A stretch of DNA of 64,000 nucleotides from an uncultured Spirochaetota bacterium (GCA_963734545.1 CAVTHO010000007.1:256001-320000), one strand, 5' to 3'. Positions 28,689-38,946 are shown, counted from the stretch's first letter. Translations and numbers: made by a program. Notes: generated by a model not told the origin, from the letters alone.

Positions 28689-29582
28689 TCAGCGCTTTCT
28701 TTTTCGCAGCGTGACTTCGTTGCCCGCCTCGTTGTACGACACTTCGTCGAAATAGATCTTGGTGAGAAAAATGCCCCTGCCATTGAAGGCCAGAAGGTTC
28801 TCCGGGGCCACGGCGGGGAGCTTTCTCCAGTCGAACCCTTCGCCCTCGTCTCGAATAGTGATCTCGAACAGGTCGGCAGCCAGCCGGGACGTGACGGTCA
28901 CCTTCCGACCCGCAGCATCACTCAGCCTGCCGCGCTCCTCGACCAGCTCCGCGAGCCGCCCTTCCTCGATTGCCGCGTTTTTCTCCTCGAAGCTGATGCC
29001 GAGATTGCCGTGCTCCAGCGCGTTGGTGATCATTTCCTCGATGCCGACCTTGATATTCAGGATCTCGTCTTCGGGCATCAGGCGGGGCAGCTGCAGCGTG
29101 ATCTGGTTGATGACGGGGAAGTAGGGTGAGTCAGACCGGGGGATGACGAATTTCTTCGTCTCCTCGAGAAGGAAAGGCGAAAAGAGCGTTGATCTCGCCG
29201 CCTCGAGCCGGAAGTTCACCACTTTCCGGATCTCCTCGATGAGCTCGCGCACGTTGAAGGGCTTCTTGAAGAAGTTTGTGGCGCCGCCGCGAAGCGCCTT
29301 CAGAAGCATTTCCTCGTTGCCTTGGCCGGTCATGAGGATGACCGTGGCGTTTCGGTCGATCAGCTTGATCTCGTTCAGAAGGGTGAGGCCGTCCATCTTC
29401 GGCATCATGATGTCGGACACCACCACGAGAGGGGAGTGAGATTTGAAGAGCTCGACGGCCTTCTCGCCGTCTCCCGCCTGGACGGGGTCGAACCCTTCCC
29501 TGTCCAGGAGGTGAGACAGGAGGGACCGGAGCGCTTCCTGGTCGTCCACCACAAGAATTCTCGGCCTGGCCCCGCTGCTCAC
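28689..29582 (-). CDS. Response regulator fused to RsbW-type (HATPase_c_2) kinase domain
   Basis: ILVVDD, SDIMMPKMDG, KPF receiver; EMITNALEHGN, IRDEGEGFD, GRGIFL. Confidence 0.9.
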   Translation of the reverse strand: MSSGARPRILVVDDQEALRSLLSHLLDREGFDPVQAGDGEKAVELFKSHSPLVVVSDIMMPKMDGLTLLNEIKLIDRNATVILMTGQGNEEMLLKALRGGATNFFKKPFNVRELIEEIRKVVNFRLEAARSTLFSPFLLEETKKFVIPRSDSPYFPVINQITLQLPRLMPEDEILNIKVGIEEMITNALEHGNLGISFEEKNAAIEEGRLAELVEERGRLSDAAGRKVTVTSRLAADLFEITIRDEGEGFDWRKLPAVAPENLLAFNGRGIFLTKIYFDEVSYNEAGNEVTLRKRKR

Positions 29583-29589
29583 GGCGGAA

Positions 29590-29618
29590 AGGCTACGACC
29601 GGCTCCACTGATTGTCAA
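29590..29618 (-). promoter_or_regulatory. Sigma70 promoter of the response regulator (leaderless)
   Basis: Minus strand TTGACA-N17-TAGCCT-N7-GTG. Confidence 0.6.
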
Positions 29619-29659
29619 GCTGAGCTGGCTTCTCCGCAGGGCCTCCGCGGAAGGGCTGC

Positions 29660-29796
29660 GTCGGCCTGTCGGCCATACGGGAGTACCCGTTCGGCGAGTA
29701 CGCCGTCCCTGGCAGGGGCCGACCTCGCCGTCCATGCCTTTGGTCGGCCTGTCGGCCATACGGGAGTACCCGTTCGGCGCGAACGCCGTCCGTGGC
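29660..29796 (+). repeat. Two exact 37-bp direct repeats (period 83) with shared downstream motif
   Basis: GTCGGCCTGTCGGCCATACGGGAGTACCCGTTCGGCG at 29660 and 29743, each followed by ACGCCGTCC(C/G)TGGC. Confidence 0.9.
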
Positions 29797-29855
29797 CTCG
29801 GCGTCCATTGATGAAAGAACGTGCATTGGATATACTGCGCGAGTAGTAGTCGCCA

Positions 29856-31658
29856 TTGGAAACTCAACGCCTCAGAAACTTCTGCATCATCGCCCATATC
29901 GACCATGGCAAGTCCACGCTGGCGGACCGCTTCATCCAGCGCGCGCGCCTGGTATCCGACCGGGATTTCCACGACCAGATCCTCGACAACATGGACATCG
30001 AACGCGAGCGCGGCATCACCATCAAGAGCCAGGCGGTTGCGATTCCCTACAAGTCGAAAGACGGGAACGAGTACATGCTGAACCTGGTGGACACTCCGGG
30101 ACATGTCGACTTTTCCTATGAGGTGTCCAGGTCGATCTCCGCCTGTGAGGGGGCCGTGCTGCTGATCGATGCCAGCCAGGGCGTCGAGGCCCAGACCCTC
30201 GCGAACATGTACATGGCCATCGAGCACAATCTCGAGATCATCCCGGTGATCAACAAGATCGATCTGCCCAGCGCCGACATCGAAGGGGTGAAGAAGCAGA
30301 TCAATCACGACCTGGGCCTCGATCCGGACGGCGCGCTGCTCGTGTCAGGGAAGCTGGGGACGGGAGTGGACGAGCTGTGCGAGGCCATCGTGCAGAGAGT
30401 GCCTCCGCCGAAGGGAAGCGCGGACGAGCCGCTCAAGGCGCTCATTTTCGACTCGCATTATGACGTCTACCGCGGCGTCATCGTGCACGTGCGCGTCTAC
30501 GAGGGCAGGCTCCAGGCGGGTCAGAGCATACGCTTCTGGTGGAACAGCTCCACGTACAAAGTGGAAGAGACGGGCGTCTTCCGTCTTGGCCTCGTGCCCG
30601 TGGCAGCGCTGGGCCCGGGTGAGGTCGGCTACCTCATTGCGGGAATCAAGACTGTGGCTGACACCCGGGTCGGTGACACGGTGACGGACAATGAAAGACC
30701 ATGCGCGCAGCCTCTTGCCGGTTTCCGGGAAGTGAAGCCCGTGGTGTTTTCCTCGATCTACCCCGTGGACGCGAACGACTACGAGGAGCTTGTCGAGGCC
30801 ATGGCGAAGTTGAAGCTCAACGACGCCTCGCTGATCTACGAGAAGGACTCCTCCGTGGCGCTCGGCTACGGGTTCAGATGCGGCTTCCTCGGTCTTCTTC
30901 ACCTGGAGATCGTGCAGGAACGCCTGGAGCGCGAGTTCGAGATGTCCATCGTGTTCACGGCGCCTTCCGTGCAGTACCGGGTGACGCTCCAGGGCGGCAA
31001 GGTGATCTTTGTGGACAATCCATCGAACTTCCCGGACCCCTCCCAGATCCAGTCGGCGGAGGAACCCTACATCTCCGCGTCGATGATCACCCCGTCCTCA
31101 TACCTCGGCAACATCATCACCCTGTGCCTGGAGAAGCGCGGCACGCAAAAGAGCATGAACTATCTCGACGAAAAGCGGGTGGAGCTGGTCTTCGAGATGC
31201 CGCTGGGAGAGGTGGTCTTCGACTTCTACGATCGTCTGAAATCCGTCAGCCGCGGTTATGCATCATTCGACTATCAGCTCATCGGGTTCCGCGACACGCA
31301 CCTCGCCAAGCTGGATATCCTCATCAATGGCAAGATGGTGGACGCGCTCTCCCAGCTCGTTTTTCGGGACAACGCGTATGCGACCGCGCGGCGTGTGTGT
31401 GAAAGGCTGAGGGAAGAAATCCCCCGGCAGCAGTTCAAGATCGCCATCCAGGGGGCAATCGGCAGCCAGATCATCGCGCGCGAAACGGTGAATGCCTTCC
31501 GAAAGGACGTCACGGCCAAGTGCTATGGCGGAGACATCACGCGCAAGAGGAAGCTTCTGGAGAAACAGAAGGAAGGCAAGAAACGCATGAAGATGGTAGG
31601 CGAAGTGGAGCTTCCGCAGTCCGCATTCCTCGCGGTGCTCAAGACCTCAGAGGATTGA
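29856..31658 (+). CDS. lepA: Elongation factor 4 (LepA)
   Basis: [44 protein letters not shown]. Confidence 0.98.
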   Translation: METQRLRNFCIIAHIDHGKSTLADRFIQRARLVSDRDFHDQILDNMDIERERGITIKSQAVAIPYKSKDGNEYMLNLVDTPGHVDFSYEVSRSISACEGAVLLIDASQGVEAQTLANMYMAIEHNLEIIPVINKIDLPSADIEGVKKQINHDLGLDPDGALLVSGKLGTGVDELCEAIVQRVPPPKGSADEPLKALIFDSHYDVYRGVIVHVRVYEGRLQAGQSIRFWWNSSTYKVEETGVFRLGLVPVAALGPGEVGYLIAGIKTVADTRVGDTVTDNERPCAQPLAGFREVKPVVFSSIYPVDANDYEELVEAMAKLKLNDASLIYEKDSSVALGYGFRCGFLGLLHLEIVQERLEREFEMSIVFTAPSVQYRVTLQGGKVIFVDNPSNFPDPSQIQSAEEPYISASMITPSSYLGNIITLCLEKRGTQKSMNYLDEKRVELVFEMPLGEVVFDFYDRLKSVSRGYASFDYQLIGFRDTHLAKLDILINGKMVDALSQLVFRDNAYATARRVCERLREEIPRQQFKIAIQGAIGSQIIARETVNAFRKDVTAKCYGGDITRKRKLLEKQKEGKKRMKMVGEVELPQSAFLAVLKTSED

Positions 31659-33260
31659 GGCGATCCTTTCCAGTCGCTGGGCGTAGTGCCCCGCTGCCAC
31701 CCTGGCCCGGGAAAGAAAGCTCCGGTCGGGGCTTCGAGGCCGGGCGGATCCGGAAATTGAACCCACGAGTAGTCTATCTCCCGCAGCAGCGCACGGCACT
31801 CCTCCGACGCCCCGCCCGGGCCCGAGGATTCCCTCAATGCTTCAATTGCGCGCGCCAGCAGGTCTTTCTCGTTCTGCATGAACTCCCGCACGCGGTCACG
31901 CGGAAAAGCGCCGCGGGAATCGATCTCCAGAAGCGTCTCCGTCGTGCTCCCGCAGGCAACCCTGTCTTCCCATTCCTGCAGGCTGATTCTCCGCACGCCC
32001 AGATCGAGCCCCTCCGGGCCGAAGTCCATTACCCGTGCCGCCGCGTTTTTCACGACGCTCTCGACATTGTCTCTGTAGGACTTCAGCACCCTGTCGGTCG
32101 TTACCGTGTCTCCGTGCTTGTCAGGGGTATGCAGCAGCGACCTCGCGGCGAGGGCCTGGAAAGCATCCTGACCAACCGGCCTGCAGCCGGCTCGATCCAT
32201 TGAGCATGGCCAGGTGAGACGGGGCGCCCCTCACGTGCGTGCGAGAGCCCGGGAAGGAAAGGTCAAGTCCCGTCAGGAAAACCTCACCGCGGCCGATCTG
32301 CAGGCCCGCGTGCACCGCCGCGACCCCGACCGAGCCGAGCGCGGGAAACAGGGCGGGATGAAGCTGGGCCCGCGCGAGCCGGTCGAACAGGCGGAGAGGC
32401 GCGAAGCGCGAGGAGAAATAGTAGAGACTGCCCTTGAACAGTCTGTTGACGGCAGGGTGCGACGAGAGGTCGCAGGCGAGAGCGGTCCTGTCGCTGCGGA
32501 AAGGGATGAAATCCTGCATGTTCGCTACCTGGGCTTCCAGCGCCACCACGATGTCCGGAATGACGCCTCGGGCAGCCAGAGCGGGAAAGGCGGTATCCAC
32601 CGCTGCCAGGACAAAGCGCCCCCTCAGCCGGGTGAAAGAGGGCATGCACTCTTCCAGGGAAGGCCCCGCACCGGCCACAACCAGGGGCCGCGAGGTAGAC
32701 AAGGCGGACAGGTCACGCGCGCCGGGAAGCAGGGAAAGATTGGAAAGGACGTTGCTCACCTGCAGGCTCCCGAGCGCAATGAGCGTGAGCCTGTTCTGCC
32801 AGTAGCGCCGGATCTCCTCCTCCAGCCGCTGCCTGCACTGCGCGTACAGCTCGGGTGCGAGCCGGTACCCTGCGCTGAGCGGCAGCTCCACGACTCTGCG
32901 GAATCGGTGAATCCCAAGGGTGCCAAGGGCTGCGGCTGCCCCGGCCGGATCGGCCGTGCGCACGATGGAGAGACGGGGATCGCCGGGCAGCCCCTGCGCC
33001 AGAGCGACCGCCATCACCTCCTGAAACACCTCGAGACACAGCACCGCGCATCCCTCCGGGAGGCGTTGCAGGAGCTCTGCAAGACCGTGGCCGAGTCCGA
33101 CTGACGGGACAAAAACCAGGCTGCGCGGCGGCGGCGAAAAAACGCGCGCTTTTCGGCGCGCGTATTCAAGCGGATTCCCCGATGGGTAGAAGGAGAGGCC
33201 CTTCCAGAGAAGGGTCCGGCCACTGCCAGTCTCAATAAGGAGAGGGTCCTCTCCCGGCAT
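31647..33260 (-). CDS. DUF115/MptE-like (motility-associated factor-like) protein (frameshifts ~32170 and ~31740)
   Basis: [35 protein letters not shown]; natural end reconstructed as ..[13 protein letters not shown]. Confidence 0.8.
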
Positions 33261-33267
33261 TCGTAGC

Positions 33268-34818
33268 CTACTGTCTCAAGTTCGTGGAGAAGTTCCGGCT
33301 GAATGTCGCTGAAAAGTTGTCCGTCAGCTTGTCCGGGGCCATCAGAACCTGGGAGAGATCGGTCTGGATCGACTGGACCGCGATATATGAGATATAGCTG
33401 TCCAGGAGGTTCACGGTCGTGTCAGGAAGCTGACGCTCGGCGGTGAGCTTCAGCACGAGTATCTGGTTGTCCAGCAGCACGGGGGGTGATACCTGGTCCT
33501 TGCCCAGCGAGAAGGCGCGCAGAAAGAACTCGTCGCTGTATGATGCGCCGGTCGGAGTTTCCCCGTCGGGATTGGCCCTCACCGGCGCGAAAGAGAACAC
33601 ATTGGAGAGGTTCACCGGGAAGAACTCGGTGGGAACGACCTTGAGCCCCATGTCCCTGGCCGCCCTGTCGAAGCCTGTCTCCGCGGCGCGTCGGGAGAGC
33701 TGACCTGCTCTCTCGCTGAAGTAGTCCTCAACCTTGCCCTTTTCGTACTTGGTGATGTAGTTCTTCACGTCATCCAGGACCGTGGCGTTGGTGAAATCCG
33801 GGTCCAGAGCCTCTGAATCACAGCGGTAGATGATCGAGCCGAAGGTGACTTTCAAGACGTCACTCAGCTCACCGGCCTTGAGCGCGAACACCTTTTCCGC
33901 GGTATCCTTGGCCTCGAAATCAGCCTGAACGTCATAAGCGTAGCGCCAGCCCATGTCGCCGCCCTTGTCCGCGTACTCGTCCTTGGAATACGTTTTGGCG
34001 AGCTCCTCGAAGGTGCTGGTCTTGTCGAGAATCTTTTTGCGGATCTCAATGGCCTGGGACTCGCTCTTGACGAGAATCCTGCTCAGCTTGATCTTGATGA
34101 ACCGGGACTTGTTGGCCTCGCCGTACTTGCGCACCTCTTCCACGGGAAAGCTGGCAAACGGCCAGGATACGAAAGTGAAGCTTCTTTCCCGTTTGGCCAT
34201 TTCCTTGATGAACTCCGCCTCCTTGGAGCCGGTCTTGACGCCGGTCTGCAAGTCGGTTTCGAAGATGTTGGACTCGATGCTCTCACGCACCATCTTGCGC
34301 GTTTCGGCCTTGTCAGTGGCCGAAGTGGCCGCGTACCGGCTTTCGCTGAACACACCGTTCTCGTCCAGGTAGGCGGGATAGTTGAGCAGCGCCTTGTCGA
34401 CCGCGTCTTCGGAAACCTGGACGCCGGCCTGCTCTGCCTGCGTGAGCTTGGCGATGTGATCTGCGGTACTGTAGAACGCCTGGTACCAGACGGCCTGGGT
34501 TATCATCGCCTGGTTCTGGTTGGCAGAGGTGTTCCTGTACTGGTTCGAGATCCTCTCCACCTGCTGCGCGAAATAGCTGCCCGGATAATAGGTGATTTCT
34601 TTTCCCATGTACGAGCCGAAGACAAGGCTGCCGCCCCCGCCGATTCCCCCGGTCATCGGTCCGCCCGGGCCGGCCAGGACAAACGCGAAGACGACAATAA
34701 CGAGCACGACGACCGTGCCAACGTATATCAGAGGATGGGTCGCGTGCCTCTTCTCGATCGCGTCGGAGACGGTCTCTCCCTTTCTCTGTTTCGCTCTTCT
34801 CAACTCTCGTGATGCCAT
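33268..34818 (-). CDS. SurA/PpiD-like membrane-anchored peptidyl-prolyl isomerase
   Basis: N-terminal TM, SurA_N-like region, parvulin motif FEELAKTYSKD..KGGDMGW. Confidence 0.88.
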   Translation of the reverse strand: MASRELRRAKQRKGETVSDAIEKRHATHPLIYVGTVVVLVIVVFAFVLAGPGGPMTGGIGGGGSLVFGSYMGKEITYYPGSYFAQQVERISNQYRNTSANQNQAMITQAVWYQAFYSTADHIAKLTQAEQAGVQVSEDAVDKALLNYPAYLDENGVFSESRYAATSATDKAETRKMVRESIESNIFETDLQTGVKTGSKEAEFIKEMAKRERSFTFVSWPFASFPVEEVRKYGEANKSRFIKIKLSRILVKSESQAIEIRKKILDKTSTFEELAKTYSKDEYADKGGDMGWRYAYDVQADFEAKDTAEKVFALKAGELSDVLKVTFGSIIYRCDSEALDPDFTNATVLDDVKNYITKYEKGKVEDYFSERAGQLSRRAAETGFDRAARDMGLKVVPTEFFPVNLSNVFSFAPVRANPDGETPTGASYSDEFFLRAFSLGKDQVSPPVLLDNQILVLKLTAERQLPDTTVNLLDSYISYIAVQSIQTDLSQVLMAPDKLTDNFSATFSRNFSTNLRQ

Positions 34819-34906
34819 TGCTTATTCCTGTGAAGTGATGAATTTCGACCAGTCGAAAATACCACGGCCCGGATCGGCATGTCAACGACCCGGCGCGCGC
34901 CGGCGC

Positions 34907-34935
34907 TTGACACCGCCCGCCCTCACTGCTACATT
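34907..34935 (+). promoter_or_regulatory. Sigma70 promoter of the tRNA-Asp/tRNA-Pro pair
   Basis: TTGACA-N17-TACATT with TG extension, 9 nt before tRNA-Asp. Confidence 0.7.
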
Positions 34936-34944
34936 CACCGTCAC

Positions 34945-35018
34945 GGGGGCGTGGCGAAGCTGGTTATCGCGCTGGCCTGTCAAGCCGGAGGCCGCGGGTT
35001 CAAGTCCCGTCGCTCCCG
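34945..35018 (+). tRNA. tRNA-Asp (GTC)
   Basis: GGGGGCG/CGCTCCC acceptor stem, CTGGC-CTGTCAA-GCCGG anticodon arm, GGTTCAAGTCC. Confidence 0.95.
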
Positions 35019-35114
35019 CTATTTTTCCTTCGAGTATTGCACGCGCGCGCCTTGGCGCACACGGTATTCCGTGTGATTCTGCGCACGGTGCGCCGTGCGA
35101 TGTGTGGCTTTCAG

Positions 35115-35187
35115 CGGGCTGTAGCGCAGTTGGTAGCGCGTTCGGTTCGGGACCGAAAGGCCGGCGGTTCAAACCCGCCCAGCCCGA
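35115..35187 (+). tRNA. tRNA-Pro (CGG)
   Basis: CGGGCTG/CAGCCCG acceptor stem, TTCGG-TTCGGGA-CCGAA anticodon arm, GGTTCAAACC. Confidence 0.95.
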
Positions 35188-35361
35188 AATACACATACAT
35201 TCTGACCCTGTTCTTCTCGCACGGACGCCTGCTCAGTATTTGCATGGCCAGAAGTCCCGGTTTGGTGTTACAATGTATATGGGTACATGCAAAAATGAAA
35301 AAAACACGACTCGGCCCCTGTTATCTCTGAACCAAGGCCGCCTCGTATCGGGAGCAAGCGT

Positions 35362-37917
35362 ATGACAGTCACTTCCACACGTCGCCTCCTCGTCGCCCTG
35401 TTGCTGGGCGCGTTGTCGGCTCACGCCGCTCTCTGGGCGGACCCCCCGATTCAGGTGGGCAGAGTCAGCCTCATCAGCGGCGAGGTCTCGTTCCGGCCGG
35501 GGAGCATCGATGAATGGGTGCCGGCAACTCTGAACTACCCCCTGACCGCAGGAGACTACCTCTGGACCGATGCAGGGGGGCGCGCCGAAGTGCACGTCGG
35601 AGGCGCGGCAATCAGGCTGGATTCCGGCACGGAGTTCTCCTTCCTGGAACTGGACGACCAGACTGTGCAGGTAAGGCTTTCCCAGGGCTCATTGAATATC
35701 AGGCTGCGCACGCTCGAGGCCGGCGACGATTTCGAGATCGACACGCCGAATTCGAGCATTTCTCTCCTTACGGCCGGAAGCTACAGAATCGATGTCCAGG
35801 ATACGGGAGACACCTTTGTCATGGTTCGGCAGGGGGAATCGCAGGTGACAGCAGGCGAGGACGCGTTCAACGTTCCCGAAGGTCAATCCGCGACAGTCTC
35901 GGGTATGGGCTCGATCGCGTACTACCTGCAGGATGTCCCGGCTCAGGATGACTGGGACAGCTGGTGCGCACGCCGTGACCAGAGAGAAGACCGGGTCGCG
36001 TCGGTCCGATATGTCTCGCGGGATATGATCGGGATGGAGGATCTTGACGATCATGGGACCTGGCTCGTCGTTGCAGGCTATGGACAGGTCTGGGCGCCCG
36101 CGGGGGTGCCCCCGGGATGGGCGCCGTACCGTTACGGGCGCTGGGCGTGGATCGAGCCCTGGGGATGGACCTGGATAGATGACGCGCCCTGGGGATTCGC
36201 TCCATTCCATTATGGACGCTGGGCTTTTGCCAGCAGAGGATGGGTCTGGGTTCCCGGGACCATGGTTGCGCGCCCGGTGTACGCTCCTGCACTGGTCGTG
36301 TTTGTAGGGGGTGACAACTGGAGCCCCGCGGCGGGGAACGGCATCGGCTGGTTCCCTCTCGGCCCGCACGAGGTGTATATCCCGCCTTACACGGTGAGCA
36401 CCACGTACGTGCAGCGGATCAATATCACCCATGTGACGAACTTTCAGAGCGTGCAGCGATATGACGCGAGACGCGCCGTCTACGTCAACCGGAGCGTCCC
36501 GCAGGCGGTCACGGTCGTGCACCGCGATGACTTCGCGTACTCGCGGCCTACCTCCAGATACGCCATTGCGGTTCCCTACGCCGAAATGGGCAGGGCCCCT
36601 GTCATGGGCATGACCGCCGTCGTCGTGCCCCGGCGGGAGAGCGTCATCGCGCAGCCTCTTACCCCGCAATCCCGTATCGTCCGCCCGCCCGAAGATGTTG
36701 CGTCCCGAACGGTGTACTCGCGCCGTGCTCCTCCGCCGGCCCAGGTCCCGTTCGACGCGCGTCAGCAGGCGCATCAGGCGAACCCGGGGAGGCCTCTCGA
36801 CCGTGAAGAACTCGCGGCTCTGCAGAGAAACCGTCCGGGCAATCAGCCGCCGGTAACAGTGGTAAATCCAGGCTCGGTCAACAGGGTTGACAATCCCCCT
36901 GCGTACAGAGGCGGTCGACAGGCGCCCCCTCCGCGGGCCGCACCTGCTCCCGGCGGGACAATGATCGCGCCCCCTCCGCGGGCCGCACCTGCCCCGGGCG
37001 GGACGATGATCGCTCCTCCTCCGAGTGGGACTATGAGGGTTCCCCCTCCGCGGACCGCGCCCGCCCCCGGTGGCACCATGATCGCTCCACCACCAAGGAC
37101 CGCTCCTGCCCCCGGTGGCACCATGATCGCTCCACCACCAAGGACCGCGCCCGCCCCTGGCGGCACCATGATCGCGCCGCCTCCGCGGACTGTGCCTGCC
37201 CCTGGCGGAACCATGATCGCTCCACCTCCAAGGACCGCTCCTGCCCCTGGCGGATCAAGGATCGTGCCCCCGTCGAGGACCGCGCCCGCCCCTGGCGGCA
37301 CCATGATTGCACCGCCCTCGAGGATCACGCCCGTGGTTCCGCCTCAGGGTGATCGAGGCCAGCAGGATGACAGGAATCAACGGGTGGACCGGAACCAGCC
37401 TGGCGACCGAGGCCAGCAGGGCGATCAGAACCAGCAGGGCGACCGGAACCAGCAGGGCGATCGGGGCCAGCAGAGTGAGCGGATTCAATCGGGTGACCGG
37501 GGCCAGCAGGGCGATCGGGGCCAGCAAAGTGACCGGAATCAGAAGGTCGACCCGAATCAGAGCCGGGCAGCATCGCTCATCAGCACTCTCAAGACACAAT
37601 CACTTCCCCAGGCAGAAAGCGATCTCGCCGCGGCTCAAAAGGTTGCCGGCGTTCGGCTCGATTTCAATGCCGTTTCAAGACAACTCGCTTCGGCCCGGGC
37701 TTCTCTGACAAGCGCCGAAAAGGACCTTGCGAGCGGCAATGCGAGCCTCGCATTGCAGAAGGCAACGACCGTCCAGAAACAGATAAGCGACGCGGAAAAG
37801 ACGATTTCTGCTGCCATGAAATCGGGCGGGTCAGATCAAGGAGACAGGAAGGGCAGCGACAGGAACGACCAGGGGGACGACAATCGGATCAAGCCTCGCG
37901 GGGGCGGGGGCGGATAG
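35362..37917 (+). CDS. Secreted FecR-like/DUF6600 protein with long repetitive C-terminal region
   Basis: Signal peptide; LNYPLTAGD.LWTD FecR-like domain; WAPYRYGRWAWIEPWGWTW..PWGFAPFHYGRW (DUF6600). Confidence 0.88.
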   Translation: MTVTSTRRLLVALLLGALSAHAALWADPPIQVGRVSLISGEVSFRPGSIDEWVPATLNYPLTAGDYLWTDAGGRAEVHVGGAAIRLDSGTEFSFLELDDQTVQVRLSQGSLNIRLRTLEAGDDFEIDTPNSSISLLTAGSYRIDVQDTGDTFVMVRQGESQVTAGEDAFNVPEGQSATVSGMGSIAYYLQDVPAQDDWDSWCARRDQREDRVASVRYVSRDMIGMEDLDDHGTWLVVAGYGQVWAPAGVPPGWAPYRYGRWAWIEPWGWTWIDDAPWGFAPFHYGRWAFASRGWVWVPGTMVARPVYAPALVVFVGGDNWSPAAGNGIGWFPLGPHEVYIPPYTVSTTYVQRINITHVTNFQSVQRYDARRAVYVNRSVPQAVTVVHRDDFAYSRPTSRYAIAVPYAEMGRAPVMGMTAVVVPRRESVIAQPLTPQSRIVRPPEDVASRTVYSRRAPPPAQVPFDARQQAHQANPGRPLDREELAALQRNRPGNQPPVTVVNPGSVNRVDNPPAYRGGRQAPPPRAAPAPGGTMIAPPPRAAPAPGGTMIAPPPSGTMRVPPPRTAPAPGGTMIAPPPRTAPAPGGTMIAPPPRTAPAPGGTMIAPPPRTVPAPGGTMIAPPPRTAPAPGGSRIVPPSRTAPAPGGTMIAPPSRITPVVPPQGDRGQQDDRNQRVDRNQPGDRGQQGDQNQQGDRNQQGDRGQQSERIQSGDRGQQGDRGQQSDRNQKVDPNQSRAASLISTLKTQSLPQAESDLAAAQKVAGVRLDFNAVSRQLASARASLTSAEKDLASGNASLALQKATTVQKQISDAEKTISAAMKSGGSDQGDRKGSDRNDQGDDNRIKPRGGGGG
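36925..37560 (+). repeat. Coding tandem repeats: 45-bp (PPPRTAPAPGGTMIA, 8 full + 1 partial) and 18-bp (xGDRxQ-like, 12)
   Basis: Visible directly in the translation and the DNA. Confidence 0.9.
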
Positions 37918-38566
37918 GGGTCCTGTTTCCCCCTTTGCCGCCGCGCCTGAGCTTCTGGTAGTGCCGCTGCGCCTTGGCTCGGTTTCCGCAATCTCTCATT
38001 TCGCACCATCTGCGGCTGTGGTTCTTGCTCGTGTCGATGAACAGCCAGCCGCAGGTATCCCCGGCGCATTCCTTGATCCTGGCTGACGCCGGATCCCTGA
38101 GCAGCTCGGCAGCCGACCAGGTGATCGGCGGAAGCATGGCGTCGAGAGTCATGTCCTTGTCAAAGCCGACCGCGTAGCGGCCTTTCTCCCGGATCATGGA
38201 TGCACGTGACATCGTCATGGAGAAGTGCCGATTGAAAAGCGCCAGGTCCTCATCGGAGGGGCCGCGTCCTGCCGCCATTGCCGAGAACATCCGGAAGATC
38301 ACCTCGCGCAGCTCTATCGCCCTCCGGAGAATGCGCGCCGCTTCCTCGGGGTTTCGGCCGGCCTCGCTGTTCAAGCCGCGCGCGTGCTCCGCGGTGAGGA
38401 TTCCCGCATGGACGGCCCAATGGAGGAGATCTCCGTAGCTCGCGAGCCGGTCGCGGGACAGGTCGCTTTCACGCAGGTTCACCGTATTCGTGAAGTCGAG
38501 ACACGTGCGGCCTCCCACAAGGCTCAACTTCGAGATGGTATCGGCGTTCGGGCTCTCGAAATTCAT
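37889..38566 (-). CDS. ABATE / CGNR zinc-finger protein
   Basis: CLDFTNT; C..C.WLFIDTSKNHSRRWCEMRDCGNRAK. Confidence 0.95.
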   Translation of the reverse strand: MNFESPNADTISKLSLVGGRTCLDFTNTVNLRESDLSRDRLASYGDLLHWAVHAGILTAEHARGLNSEAGRNPEEAARILRRAIELREVIFRMFSAMAAGRGPSDEDLALFNRHFSMTMSRASMIREKGRYAVGFDKDMTLDAMLPPITWSAAELLRDPASARIKECAGDTCGWLFIDTSKNHSRRWCEMRDCGNRAKAQRHYQKLRRGGKGGNRTPIRPRPREA

Positions 38567-38574
38567 TTTCCTTG

Positions 38575-38650
38575 CTAACCTCCAAAATAAACTTGACAGG
38601 TTACTTGCCTCATGCTATATTCTAACCATCAATAATGTAATGACTGGTTT
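38575..38650. promoter_or_regulatory. Divergent promoter region with two TAACC-N18-GGTT boxes and a sigma70 promoter
   Basis: TAACC(38576)..GGTTA(38603); TAACC(38623)..GGTTT(38650); TTGACA(38593)-N17-TATATT. Confidence 0.75.
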
Positions 38651-38680
38651 GTGTAAGGTCAAGCTCAGGGGAGGGTCGCG

Positions 38681-38884
38681 ATGAACCATAACTTCTGGCT
38701 CATTGAGAGGATGATGGAAGAGCGCCAGGAAACGGTTCGCCGGGAGGCGGAAATCCGCAGACGCCTTTCCGAGGCACGACCACCAAAGCCCAGGCGCAGC
38801 CTGAAAGCGGCCGTGGGAAGGATGCTTGTGTCCTGGGGAGCGCTCCTCATGGGTGAACGCGACTGCGGCTGTCTCGAGGCGTAG
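38681..38884 (+). CDS. Small hypothetical protein
   Basis: 67-aa ORF with GGGAGG SD, directly downstream of a strong promoter. Confidence 0.7.
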   Translation: MNHNFWLIERMMEERQETVRREAEIRRRLSEARPPKPRRSLKAAVGRMLVSWGALLMGERDCGCLEA

Positions 38885-38946
38885 GCAGGACGGGACCCCG
38901 GCCCGAGTTGCCGGGCGCAGCCCCCTGCGCTATCTTTGTGCTCAAC

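Noticed and set aside
29660-29796. Mini-CRISPR (37-bp repeats, 46-nt spacer)
   Set aside because: Only two repeats, similarity continues into the spacer, and there are no cas genes or AT-rich leader
31523-31658. 136-bp antisense overlap between lepA and the DUF115 gene
   Set aside because: A frameshift near 31740 restores a stop at 31647, leaving a normal 12-bp overlap
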